Shown here in pieces: positions 9,888 to 18,864 of a stretch of 64,000 nt of DNA. Position numbers and translations under genes: made by a program. Below the pieces are notes generated by a model. The model did not search any database. It saw only the letters and a program-made list of their open reading frames with translations, and had not been told where the DNA came from. The stretch covers positions 2,010 to 66,009 of the forward strand of contig VXYK01000013.1 in the NCBI GenBank assembly GCA_009845995.1, read 5' to 3'. The stretch's first letter is position 1. Each line of letters opens with the position of its first letter. The DNA comes from Acidimicrobiaceae bacterium. Its GTDB lineage: Bacteria > Actinomycetota > Acidimicrobiia > Acidimicrobiales > Aldehydirespiratoraceae.

Positions 9888-9930
9888 GGAGTTGGGGTTG
9901 TCAGCCTGAGGGTTGGCAGCCCCAACTTCC
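9888..9930 (+). other. Intercistronic stem-loop between the SBP and permease genes
   Basis: GGAGTTGGGGTTGTCAG-cctgaggg-TTGGCAGCCCCAACTTCC: roughly 17 bp of pairing with one bulge and some G-U pairs. Confidence 0.5.
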
Positions 9931-10046
9931 GACCTCCCACCTCACATTTGAGGCACTCCCTGCTTGGGCGACGCTGGAGCCTTACGGGGTTTGAGAATAG
10001 TGTCCGGCGACATGCGCCCAAACGCTGGCGCACCGAAGGGGGAAAC

Positions 10047-12116
10047 ATGACAGACGTAGCGGCTCATCCCGACGCCGACGACGGTCAGCCCGATGAACGT
10101 CTTGCCTACCGAGGTGTCTTTACTCGGATGCTGGTCAGGCCTGAGATTGGGGCCGTTATCGGTTCCGCTGCCATCTGGCTGTTCTTTTGGGCGGTTTCGG
10201 AACAGTTCGGCACCGCCGGTGGTCTGTCTGGAGTACTCGACGTCTCAGCCACGCTCGGCATCATGGCCGTCGCGGTGGCCTTGTTGATGATCGGCGGAGA
10301 ATTCGACCTTTCCTCGGGTGCCGCCACCGGCGCTCTCGGCATCGTGACCATCTTGTTGGTCAAAGACATCGGCGAACTCGGCGGTGCAGGTTTGAGCCTC
10401 TTCATCGCCATACCTCTGTCGTTCGTGGTCGCAATGGCCCTCGGTTGGTACAACGGCACGGTCGTGGAGCGAACCGGTCTGCCGAGCTTCATTGTCACGC
10501 TGGCGACGTTCTTCGTGTTGCGCGGCTTCAAGCTCGGCTTCTCCAAACTCACGATCGACAACATCTCGGTGGGTCGCATCGACGAAGGCCACGGCTTCGA
10601 CTTCTGGCATCCGATCTTCGCTGGAGTCTGGGTCCGGAATGAACACGTCTGGGACACCCGCGACGTGGTCTACACCATCGGAATCCTGCTCGGTCTCGCT
10701 TTGTTCGTGCTCGCCATCTACGAGGGAAACTACCTGCGCAAGAAAGAAATGAACCCGGCGGGCTTGCTGATGTTCATAGCCGGGGTCGCCGGCACTGTCT
10801 TCGGGGTGGTGCTGATGCACTACACCTCAGGCGTTTCCAACGACATCATCTCAGGGTTGGTGATCGCGGCGTCGATGATCCTCGGGTTCATCGGGGTTGC
10901 CCTGTGGCGCTATGAACCCATCGCCGGTGACAACTCGATCCATCTGGATTCGAGGGTTCTGGAACTCGCCGGCCTCGGGATCGTTGTGATCGTGATCGGC
11001 GTTGTCTGCGCCCTGGTGGTGGACGTGGACGGGCAACAGACCATCCTCGACCGGCTCCCGGTTGTCGTCGAGTGGCTGATAACCGTCGCAACCTTAGCTC
11101 TCACCGGCGCAATAGCTTGGCGTCGCAGTGGAGGCGGGACTTCGGGCTCTGAACAACGGATGGCTCTGTTCCAAGCCGGCCGGGCCGGTCTGGTGGGCGC
11201 TATCTCAATGCTCGCCTTCATGTTCATGACGACCGAACAGGGCCTGCGGGCCATCCTGTTCGTCGGTCTGTCCACCACCGGTCTGATCTTGTTGGCGATG
11301 GCGGCTCTGCGGGCCCGCAAGAGTTCTCCGCTGTCAGGCTCGCTCATCCTGGCCCTCAATTCGCTGGTGATCGCGGCTCTGGCCCTGTTCATTCAAGCTG
11401 AGTCAGGTCACCCGAAGTTCCGCACTGAGATTTTCACCGTAATGATGTTCGGCGCCGCGTTGGTCTTGGCCTGGGCACTGGTGAGCAGCCACTACCAACA
11501 GCGCAAAGCTGCTGACCATGACGCCGACCGCTTGTCCACGCTCCTGTCGGTTGCAGGTCTCGTCGCGGTCCTTGTCGGGTTGATCTCACGTTTGTTGTGG
11601 ACCACAACCACCGAAAACGAGTCAGGCGTCGCTTTCGCCTCCTTCCGCATGAGCATCCTCTGGTTCATCGCTGTGACCGCCGTCGCAACCTTCGTGCTCG
11701 GACGCACCAAGTTCGGCAGCTGGATCTTCGCTGTGGGCGGCAACAAGGAAGCCGCACGCCAAGTGGGTGTGCCGGCAGCCAAGACCAAGACGCAACTGTT
11801 CATGATCGTCTCAGGTGCAGCCTGGTTGGTCGGCCTGTTGCTGGCCTTCCGCTTACAGACGCTTCAGTCCGGCACCGGCAACGGCTTGGAGTTCGAGTAC
11901 ATCATCGCCGCTGTTGTCGGTGGGACCGCGCTGACCGGCGGTTACGGCTCCGTGCTGGGCGCAGCCATCGGTGCCTTCATCATGGCCATGTCGAAACAGG
12001 GAATCGGTTTGGCGCTGTGGAACTCGGACTGGCGTTTCGCATTCCTTGGCGTGATCCTTCTCGGAGCGGTCATGGCCAACAACTTCATCAAGGCCAAAGC
12101 CGAGGCGGTCCGATGA
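10047..12116 (+). CDS. Sugar ABC transporter permease (RbsC/AraH family) with a ~350-aa membrane insertion
   Basis: N-terminal block LGIMAVAVALLMIGGEFDLSSGA ... GLPSFIVTLATFFVLRG. C-terminal block GRTKFGSWIFAVGGNKEAARQVGV ... AAVVGGTALTGGYGSVLGA. Together these match the two halves of a ~330-aa RbsC-type permease but are separated by many extra hydrophobic helices. ATG 10047 has GAAGGGGG upstream. Confidence 0.85.
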   Translation: MTDVAAHPDADDGQPDERLAYRGVFTRMLVRPEIGAVIGSAAIWLFFWAVSEQFGTAGGLSGVLDVSATLGIMAVAVALLMIGGEFDLSSGAATGALGIVTILLVKDIGELGGAGLSLFIAIPLSFVVAMALGWYNGTVVERTGLPSFIVTLATFFVLRGFKLGFSKLTIDNISVGRIDEGHGFDFWHPIFAGVWVRNEHVWDTRDVVYTIGILLGLALFVLAIYEGNYLRKKEMNPAGLLMFIAGVAGTVFGVVLMHYTSGVSNDIISGLVIAASMILGFIGVALWRYEPIAGDNSIHLDSRVLELAGLGIVVIVIGVVCALVVDVDGQQTILDRLPVVVEWLITVATLALTGAIAWRRSGGGTSGSEQRMALFQAGRAGLVGAISMLAFMFMTTEQGLRAILFVGLSTTGLILLAMAALRARKSSPLSGSLILALNSLVIAALALFIQAESGHPKFRTEIFTVMMFGAALVLAWALVSSHYQQRKAADHDADRLSTLLSVAGLVAVLVGLISRLLWTTTTENESGVAFASFRMSILWFIAVTAVATFVLGRTKFGSWIFAVGGNKEAARQVGVPAAKTKTQLFMIVSGAAWLVGLLLAFRLQTLQSGTGNGLEFEYIIAAVVGGTALTGGYGSVLGAAIGAFIMAMSKQGIGLALWNSDWRFAFLGVILLGAVMANNFIKAKAEAVR

Positions 12117-12150
12117 GCAACATTTCAGCTAGTGCAGAGGAGGTAAGCCG

Positions 12151-12939
12151 ATGAGCAACCTCATCGAACTCGACAACGTGGGCAAGTTCTACGGCAACAT
12201 CATCGCCCTGAAAGGAGTCACCACAACCGTGAACGCGGGCGAAGTCACCTGCGTGCTCGGCGACAACGGTGCAGGCAAATCCACCCTGATCAAGATCCTC
12301 TCGGGGGTACACGACCACAGCGAGGGAACCTACGTTTTTGAAGATGAAGAGTGCGCCTTCACCTCGCCCCGCCAAGCCCTTGACCGCGGTATCGCCGCCG
12401 TGTACCAGGACTTGGCGATGGTGCCGCTGATGTCGGTCTGGCGGAACTTCTTTCTCGGTGCCGAACCTACGATCGGTCGTTGGCCGATCCGCTGGGTCAA
12501 CAAGGCCAAGGCCAAGTCGATCGCCAAAGAAGAGATGGCCAAGATGGGCATCGACATCCGCGACACCGAACAACCAGTGGGCACGTTGTCTGGCGGAGAA
12601 CGCCAGTCGGTTGCCATCGCCCGGGCCGTCTATTTCGGCGCCAAGGTGCTGATTCTGGACGAGCCGACCTCCGCGTTGGGCGTCAAGCAGTCCGGAGTGG
12701 TGCTGCGATACATCGTTGAGGCTCGCAACCGAGGGTTGGGAGTGATCTTCATCACCCACAACCCGAGCCATGCCTACCCCGTCGGCGATCGTTTCCTGAT
12801 CCTCAATCGCGGTCACTCGATGGGGAACTTCGCCAAAGAAGACATCAGCCTGTCCGAGTTGACGCAACTCATGGCCGGAGGTGCCGAACTTGAACAACTC
12901 CAACATGAGCTTGAACAAGCAGTGTCGGGTGGCGCCTGA
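12151..12939 (+). CDS. ABC transporter ATP-binding protein (single NBD)
   Basis: Walker [10 protein letters not shown], signature LSGGERQ, Walker B VLILDEPT. Confidence 0.9.
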   Translation: MSNLIELDNVGKFYGNIIALKGVTTTVNAGEVTCVLGDNGAGKSTLIKILSGVHDHSEGTYVFEDEECAFTSPRQALDRGIAAVYQDLAMVPLMSVWRNFFLGAEPTIGRWPIRWVNKAKAKSIAKEEMAKMGIDIRDTEQPVGTLSGGERQSVAIARAVYFGAKVLILDEPTSALGVKQSGVVLRYIVEARNRGLGVIFITHNPSHAYPVGDRFLILNRGHSMGNFAKEDISLSELTQLMAGGAELEQLQHELEQAVSGGA

Positions 12940-13918
12940 GTCCGCCCGTAGTCTCGAACTGCTCACCGTCGGACGAGTCAGTGTCGATATCTACGCGCAG
13001 CAACTCGGAGTGTCGATGACCGAAGCGACGACATTCCGCAAATCCATTGGTGGTACGTCGACCAATGTGGCGGTCGCAGCATCTCGTCTGGGGCATCACT
13101 GCGCAACAGTCACCCGCGTCGGAGACGACGAGTTCGGCGCGTATGTCCGCCATGCCCTCAAGCACACGTTCGGAGTTGACACACGCTTTGTGGGAACCGA
13201 CCCCGAACTGAAGACGCCGCTCGCTTTCGCTGAACTCAACCCGCCCGAAGATCCCAACATCATCTTTTACCGCGAACCCCGGGCGCCAGATCAGAACCTG
13301 GCGCTCGACGACGTGGACCTTGGTGTGGTACGAGAAGTACCGGTCTTCTGGGTTCCCGCTTCTCGCTTCGCCTGGGAACCGAGCCGCTCCACAGTCACCG
13401 CGATGCTGCGCGAGCGTCAGCGTCGGCCTCACACGGTTCTTGACCTTGACTGGCGGCCGATGTTCTGGGACTCCCCTACGGCGGCGAGCGAACAGATCTC
13501 ACCAATGCTTGACCACTTCAGCATCGCAATCGGCAACCGCGACGAGTGTGAAATCGCGGTCGGAACCCGCGAGCCGGATGAGGCCGCTGATCGCATGCTT
13601 GAACGAGGACTCAGTGCTGCGGTCGTCAAGCTGGGTGCAGATGGCGTAATGGTGGCTCTCGCCGATGGCACCCGCGAAACGATCGCACCGTTTCCAGTCG
13701 AAGTCGTATGCGGCCTCGGATCGGGCGACGCCTTCGGCGGGGCTTTCTGCCACGGGCTGCTCAACGACTGGGATCTGATCAGGACCGTTGAGTACGGAAA
13801 CGCGGCCGGCGCCATCGTCGCCAATCGCCTGATGTGTGCCGATGACATGCCGACGATCGATGAGATCGACGGTTTCCTCGTCTCCCGACTTTCAACGGAA
13901 CAAAGGCAGGCGATATGA
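12881..13918 (+). CDS. iolC: 5-dehydro-2-deoxygluconokinase (PfkB family)
   Basis: [18 protein letters not shown]-terminus and a PfkB GSGDAFGG motif, in iol context. The start is uncertain: GTG 12881, ATG 12905 and GTG 12929 are all in frame. Confidence 0.8.
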   Translation: MPNLNNSNMSLNKQCRVAPESARSLELLTVGRVSVDIYAQQLGVSMTEATTFRKSIGGTSTNVAVAASRLGHHCATVTRVGDDEFGAYVRHALKHTFGVDTRFVGTDPELKTPLAFAELNPPEDPNIIFYREPRAPDQNLALDDVDLGVVREVPVFWVPASRFAWEPSRSTVTAMLRERQRRPHTVLDLDWRPMFWDSPTAASEQISPMLDHFSIAIGNRDECEIAVGTREPDEAADRMLERGLSAAVVKLGADGVMVALADGTRETIAPFPVEVVCGLGSGDAFGGAFCHGLLNDWDLIRTVEYGNAAGAIVANRLMCADDMPTIDEIDGFLVSRLSTEQRQAI

Positions 13919-14925
13919 GCGCGCTGCCCACGATTTATGTCGACCGGACAATGCCCCCCGGTTTCGAAGAAATGTTCACCGACAGAGCCGCACTGATCGG
14001 GCCGGAAGTGTCAGCGCTTGTGAAGGCGCAGGGAGTGATCGCCAGCGGTTCGGTGTGGGACGGGCCGCGCATGGACACCGCTCCAATGCTCCAAGTCATC
14101 TCGCGGGCAGGAATCGGCTTCGACGCCGTGGATCTCGGGGCAGCCACCGAACGCGGAGTCGTTGTCTGCAACGCACCCGCGTCACCCACGGTTTCCACCG
14201 CTGAGCACACGATGGCCCTGCTGTTGCACGTCGCCAAGTCACTCAGCGCCAACCAGCGACGGCTGCGGGGCCATATCGGTGACTACTACGTCGACAACGA
14301 GGGCATCGAACTGGCCGGACGAACCCTCGGAGTGGTCGGTTACGGACCCATCGGCCGAAGGGTCGTCAAAGCGGCGCGCGGTCTCGACATGGAGGTCCTC
14401 GCCCATGATCCGTACCTCGACCCGAACGACGAAGACGTCGAACTGGTCTCGTTCAGCGAGCTTCTGGAACGCAGCGACGCGGTCAGTGCCCACTGTCCGT
14501 TGACCGACGAAACCCACGAGATCTTCAACCGCGACGCATTCGCCAAGATGCGCCGCGGTTCGCTGTTCATCAACGCCGCGCGCGGAGGCGTCGTCGATCA
14601 AGACGCCCTGGTAGAGGCTCTCGATTCGGGGCACATCGCGGGGGCGGGCCTGGACGTGACCGTGCCCGAACCGCTCCCTATCGATCACCCCCTGCAGGGA
14701 CGCGACAACGTGATAATCACCCCGCACATTGCTTCAGCAACCGACCTCGGCCGTCGCCGGATGTACCACGCGGCGCTCGAAAACGCGATGACATGCCTCA
14801 ACGGCAACCGCGTCACAACATGCGTCAACCCGGAGGTCTACGACCAGCCCGAGTTGCGCTTCAACAAGGCTCAATCACCAGTCTGCGGTACCGTCCGCAG
14901 CGACAACAAAGCGCAAAAGATATGA
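13915..14925 (+). CDS. D-isomer-specific 2-hydroxyacid dehydrogenase family protein
   Basis: NAD-binding GVVGYGPIGRRV, the catalytic-region motifs INAARGGVVD and ITPHIASAT, and an ATGA overlap with the next gene. Confidence 0.85.
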   Translation: MSALPTIYVDRTMPPGFEEMFTDRAALIGPEVSALVKAQGVIASGSVWDGPRMDTAPMLQVISRAGIGFDAVDLGAATERGVVVCNAPASPTVSTAEHTMALLLHVAKSLSANQRRLRGHIGDYYVDNEGIELAGRTLGVVGYGPIGRRVVKAARGLDMEVLAHDPYLDPNDEDVELVSFSELLERSDAVSAHCPLTDETHEIFNRDAFAKMRRGSLFINAARGGVVDQDALVEALDSGHIAGAGLDVTVPEPLPIDHPLQGRDNVIITPHIASATDLGRRRMYHAALENAMTCLNGNRVTTCVNPEVYDQPELRFNKAQSPVCGTVRSDNKAQKI

Positions 14926-16097
14926 CCCGCACCTCAATCGGTATTGGCGTTATCGGTTTTGGCTGGATGGGTCAGGCTCACTCCCGCTCTGCGAAACGGA
15001 TCCCTTCGCTGTTTCCAGAGCGGGAGTTTGACCCTCGCCTGGTCATCTGTTGCGACAATGTTCATGAGCGACGAACTGAGGCGCTTGAGAGCTTCGGGTT
15101 CGACCGTGTCGCCGCGGATTGGCAGAGCGTTGTTTCAGATCCCGAGGTTGACGTGGTCTATGTCACCGCACCGAACATGCTGCACGAACCCTTGGCGATC
15201 GCAGCAGCCGAAAACAACAAGCACGTCTTCTGTGAGAAACCGGTAGGGGGCACTCCTGAGCAAACTGTGCGAATCGACACCGCCGCGACTGCTGCCGGAG
15301 TCATAACCGGCGTTGGCTACAACTACCGTTGGGCGCCGCTGGTACAGCACGCCAAAGCGCTCATCGACTCAGGGACGCTCGGCCAGATCACCAACTATCG
15401 TGGACGCTTCTTCTCGATGTACGGCAGCGACCGGCTCGGCACACTGTCATGGCGTTACCTGATCGACCAGGCCGGGTACGGGGTGTCCTCAGACATCATG
15501 AGCCACGCTGTCGACCTGGCACACATGCTCGTGGGTCCCATAACCACAGTCATGGGGACCATGGAGACGTTCATAAAACAGCGGCCTCTTCCCGCAGCCA
15601 ACGGCACTCACTACGACCAGGGCAAACCAGGCGACCCAACCGGCGAGGTGACCAACGAGGACTACGCGGCAGCCATGGTCGTCTTCGAGAACGGTGCCCG
15701 CGGCACATTCGAATCGTCTCGCTCAATCGTCGGACCTGAGAGTCAAATGGCCTTCGACGTGTACGGCACCAAGGGCGCTCTGCGCTGGAACCTCGAGACG
15801 ATGAACGAACTCGAGGTCTTCATCGTCGACGACGAAGGCACAGCTCCACGCGGTTACACCAAGGTCTATTCCGGAGACCGCTACCCGTATCACGGACATT
15901 TTGTGCCCGGAGACGCCAACGGCATCGGCTATGAAGACCTCAAGGTCATCGAGAACTACGAATTCTTGAGTGCAGTAGCCAGAGGTGAGCAGCATCAGCC
16001 CGGTTTCGCCAATGCCGTCGACTACGTGAGCTTTCAGGATGCCTGGTTGCGCTCGTGCGAAACCGGCACCTGGACCAAGGTGGAGCGCTTGTCGTGA
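14922..16097 (+). CDS. Gfo/Idh/MocA family oxidoreductase
   Basis: Start ATG 14922 overlaps the previous stop. IGIGVIGFGWMGQAHS Rossmann signature and CEKP motif. The track ORF from 14793 is an N-terminal over-extension. Confidence 0.85.
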   Translation: MTRTSIGIGVIGFGWMGQAHSRSAKRIPSLFPEREFDPRLVICCDNVHERRTEALESFGFDRVAADWQSVVSDPEVDVVYVTAPNMLHEPLAIAAAENNKHVFCEKPVGGTPEQTVRIDTAATAAGVITGVGYNYRWAPLVQHAKALIDSGTLGQITNYRGRFFSMYGSDRLGTLSWRYLIDQAGYGVSSDIMSHAVDLAHMLVGPITTVMGTMETFIKQRPLPAANGTHYDQGKPGDPTGEVTNEDYAAAMVVFENGARGTFESSRSIVGPESQMAFDVYGTKGALRWNLETMNELEVFIVDDEGTAPRGYTKVYSGDRYPYHGHFVPGDANGIGYEDLKVIENYEFLSAVARGEQHQPGFANAVDYVSFQDAWLRSCETGTWTKVERLS

Positions 16098-16140
16098 CAC
16101 CGCCCTCCTTCAGCGCACCCGCGGCCCGAATGGAGCTGAG

Positions 16141-18006
16141 ATGAGAACAGTTCGACTCACCACGACCCAAGCCATCGTGAAATACTTGATGGCACAGAAG
16201 ATCATCATCGGTGACGAACCGAAACCGATATTCCCCGGCATGTTCGCCATCTTCGGGCACGGCAACGTCACCTGCCTGGGTACCGCCCTTGAAGAAGTCA
16301 AAGAGGACTTTCCCACCTGGAGAGGACAGAACGAACAGGGAATGGCACTGGCCGCGACTGCTTACGCCAAGGCCTCCAAACGTCGCCAAATCATGGTTGC
16401 AACTTCGTCTGTGGGTCCCGGCGCAACCAACATGGTGACAGCCGCGGCAGTCGCCATGGCCAACCGCATGCCTCTGCTCCTGCTTGCCGGCGACACCTTC
16501 CAGAGCCGTATCCCCGACCCGGTGCTTCAGCAGGTGGAGCAGTTCGGTGATCCGTCGACCACCGTCAACGACTCCTTCCGCCCGGTCGTGCGTTACTGGG
16601 ATCGCATCACACACCCGGCCCAGGTGGTGCACTCGCTGCCCCACGCCCTGCACACAATGCTCGATCCGGGAGACTGCGGGCCGGCGTTCATCGGGCTGCC
16701 ACAGGACATCGCCGCTGACGCCTACGACTACCCGGTGCGCTGCTTCGACGAGACGATCCACGAAATCCGCCGACCCCGACCCGACCGCTCCGAGTTGGCT
16801 CGCGCCACCGCGCTATTGAGCCAAGCCGAAAAGCCGCTGATCATCAGCGGTGGCGGTGTTCATTGGTCCGAGGCGGAAGCCGCACTCGCCGATTTCGTCG
16901 ACGCTCACAACGTTCCGGTGGTGGAAACAGTGGCGGGGCGAACCTGTCTTCCCCAATCCCATCGATTGCACGCGGGGACCATCGGCGTCACCGGATGCAC
17001 CTCAGCTAACGCGCTTGCCGCACAGGCCGATGTAGTGGTTGCGGTAGGCACTCGGCTGGGGGACTTCGCCACTGGCTCCTGGACCGTGTTCGCCAACGAA
17101 GCGGTCAAGATCATCGGCATCAACACGGCCCGCTTCGATGCCACCAAACACCTGGCGGTGCCGCTCGTCGCCGACGCCCGCGAGGCCCTGACCGAGCTGT
17201 CAGCCGCGCTCGGGAACTACCGATCCGCTGAGTCTTGGTCCGCCACCTGCGCCTCCGAAGCCGCCCAATACCACGCCTACATCGACAAGCTGGCAGCACC
17301 TGACGTTCCCTCGTCGCCGGTCGAATCACAGACGCTACCCACCTACGCGCAGGTGGTCGGCGTCGTCGATCGCGCAGCGGACGAACGCACCTATGCGCTC
17401 ACCGCCGCCGGCGGATTTCCCGGCGAGCTCGTCAACGGCTGGCGCTCTAACACCGTGCATTCATTCGACGCCGAATACGGCTATTCATGCATGGGCTACG
17501 AGATCTCGGGGGGCTGGGGGGCGAAGATGGCACTGCCGGACCGCGATGTCGTGGTCTTCGTTGGTGACGGCTCCTACATGATGATGAACAGCGACCTGTA
17601 CAGCTCTGTGCTATCGGGCCACAAGCTCATTGTCATCGTCTGCGACAACGGCGGATTCGCCGTGATCAACCGGCTTCAAACCAACCAGGGCGGCGTTCCG
17701 TTCAACAACCTCATCGCCGATTCCAAGATCGCGGAGGAGGTACGCGTCGATTTCGCGGCCCACGCCGCGGCCATGGGTGCCGAATCTGAGACCGTCTCCA
17801 CGGTCGCCGAACTGACCGAGGCTTTCGAACGGGCCCGAGCTGCCGACCGAAGCTACGTGATCGCGTTGCAGACTTCGGCCTACGACTGGACCGAAGGCGG
17901 TGCCTGGTGGGAAGTCGGAGTGCCGGAAGTCTCGAACCGTCAAGCAATCCGGGACGCCAGAGCTGAACTTGACGAAGGCAAAGCTGCACAGAGAGTGGGC
18001 TGGTGA
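16141..18006 (+). CDS. iolD: 3D-(3,5/4)-trihydroxycyclohexane-1,2-dione acylhydrolase (ThDP-dependent)
   Basis: MRTVRLTTTQAIVKYL N-terminus like IolD. ThDP motif GDGSYMMMNSDL. ~620 aa. GGAG upstream of ATG 16141. Confidence 0.9.
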   Translation: MRTVRLTTTQAIVKYLMAQKIIIGDEPKPIFPGMFAIFGHGNVTCLGTALEEVKEDFPTWRGQNEQGMALAATAYAKASKRRQIMVATSSVGPGATNMVTAAAVAMANRMPLLLLAGDTFQSRIPDPVLQQVEQFGDPSTTVNDSFRPVVRYWDRITHPAQVVHSLPHALHTMLDPGDCGPAFIGLPQDIAADAYDYPVRCFDETIHEIRRPRPDRSELARATALLSQAEKPLIISGGGVHWSEAEAALADFVDAHNVPVVETVAGRTCLPQSHRLHAGTIGVTGCTSANALAAQADVVVAVGTRLGDFATGSWTVFANEAVKIIGINTARFDATKHLAVPLVADAREALTELSAALGNYRSAESWSATCASEAAQYHAYIDKLAAPDVPSSPVESQTLPTYAQVVGVVDRAADERTYALTAAGGFPGELVNGWRSNTVHSFDAEYGYSCMGYEISGGWGAKMALPDRDVVVFVGDGSYMMMNSDLYSSVLSGHKLIVIVCDNGGFAVINRLQTNQGGVPFNNLIADSKIAEEVRVDFAAHAAAMGAESETVSTVAELTEAFERARAADRSYVIALQTSAYDWTEGGAWWEVGVPEVSNRQAIRDARAELDEGKAAQRVGW

Positions 18007-18818
18007 TGGCGCAGCGTTTCGCTGGGAAGGTTGCGCTGGTCACGGGTTCAACTCAAGGGGTCGGAGCCGCCTTGTCGGAGCTGATGGCCGACGAGGGACT
18101 CGCCGGCGCAGTGGTCACTGGTCGCAACGCAGAACGGGGATCGGCCGTGCAGGCAGCGCTCGAAGCCAAGGGTTGCCCAGCCATTTTCGTGTCTGCGGAC
18201 CTGGCGGACGCGGAGCAGGTCGATGCGCTCATCAGGGCTGCCGACAAACGCTTCGGGCGAATCGACCATTTGGCCAACTGCGGTGCGCTTACTGACCGCG
18301 GCAACCTTTGGGACACCAGCGTCGAGTTGTTCGACTCGATGATGGCGGTCAACGCACGCGCGCCGTTCCAACTGATTCAGGGAGTAGCCCGGATTGCCAG
18401 ACGCAACGGTACGGCAGCATCGGTAGTCAACGTCGGCAGCACATCAGGCCACGGCGGTCAGCCTTTCATCACCGCCTATTGCATCTCCAAGGGCGCCTTG
18501 ATGACCATGACCAAGAACCTGGCTTACCAGCTGATGCGGCACGGTATTCGGGTGGTCACGGTCAACCCGGGTTGGATGGACACGCCCGGCGAAGACGCGA
18601 CCCAACGCAAACACCACGGTGCCACCGACGGCTGGCTCGAAGCTGCTTCGGCAACGAGACCCTGGGGACGGTTGGTGTCGATCAACGAGCTCGTCAACAC
18701 CATGGCCTTTGTGCTCAGCGACGAGGCCGGGTTGATGAGCGGAACCATCATCGACCTCGACCAATCCGTGCAGGGAGCGGGAGACCCGCCGGTACCCCCC
18801 GCCGAGCTCGGCCCATGA
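18003..18818 (+). CDS. SDR family oxidoreductase
   Basis: TGSTQGVG cofactor motif and a YxxxK catalytic motif (YCISK). ATGA overlap with iolD. Confidence 0.85.
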   Translation: MMAQRFAGKVALVTGSTQGVGAALSELMADEGLAGAVVTGRNAERGSAVQAALEAKGCPAIFVSADLADAEQVDALIRAADKRFGRIDHLANCGALTDRGNLWDTSVELFDSMMAVNARAPFQLIQGVARIARRNGTAASVVNVGSTSGHGGQPFITAYCISKGALMTMTKNLAYQLMRHGIRVVTVNPGWMDTPGEDATQRKHHGATDGWLEAASATRPWGRLVSINELVNTMAFVLSDEAGLMSGTIIDLDQSVQGAGDPPVPPAELGP

Positions 18819-18864
18819 TCGCATTCTTCACGACGCACGCGAAGCCCCGGATCCGGGACCGGCG

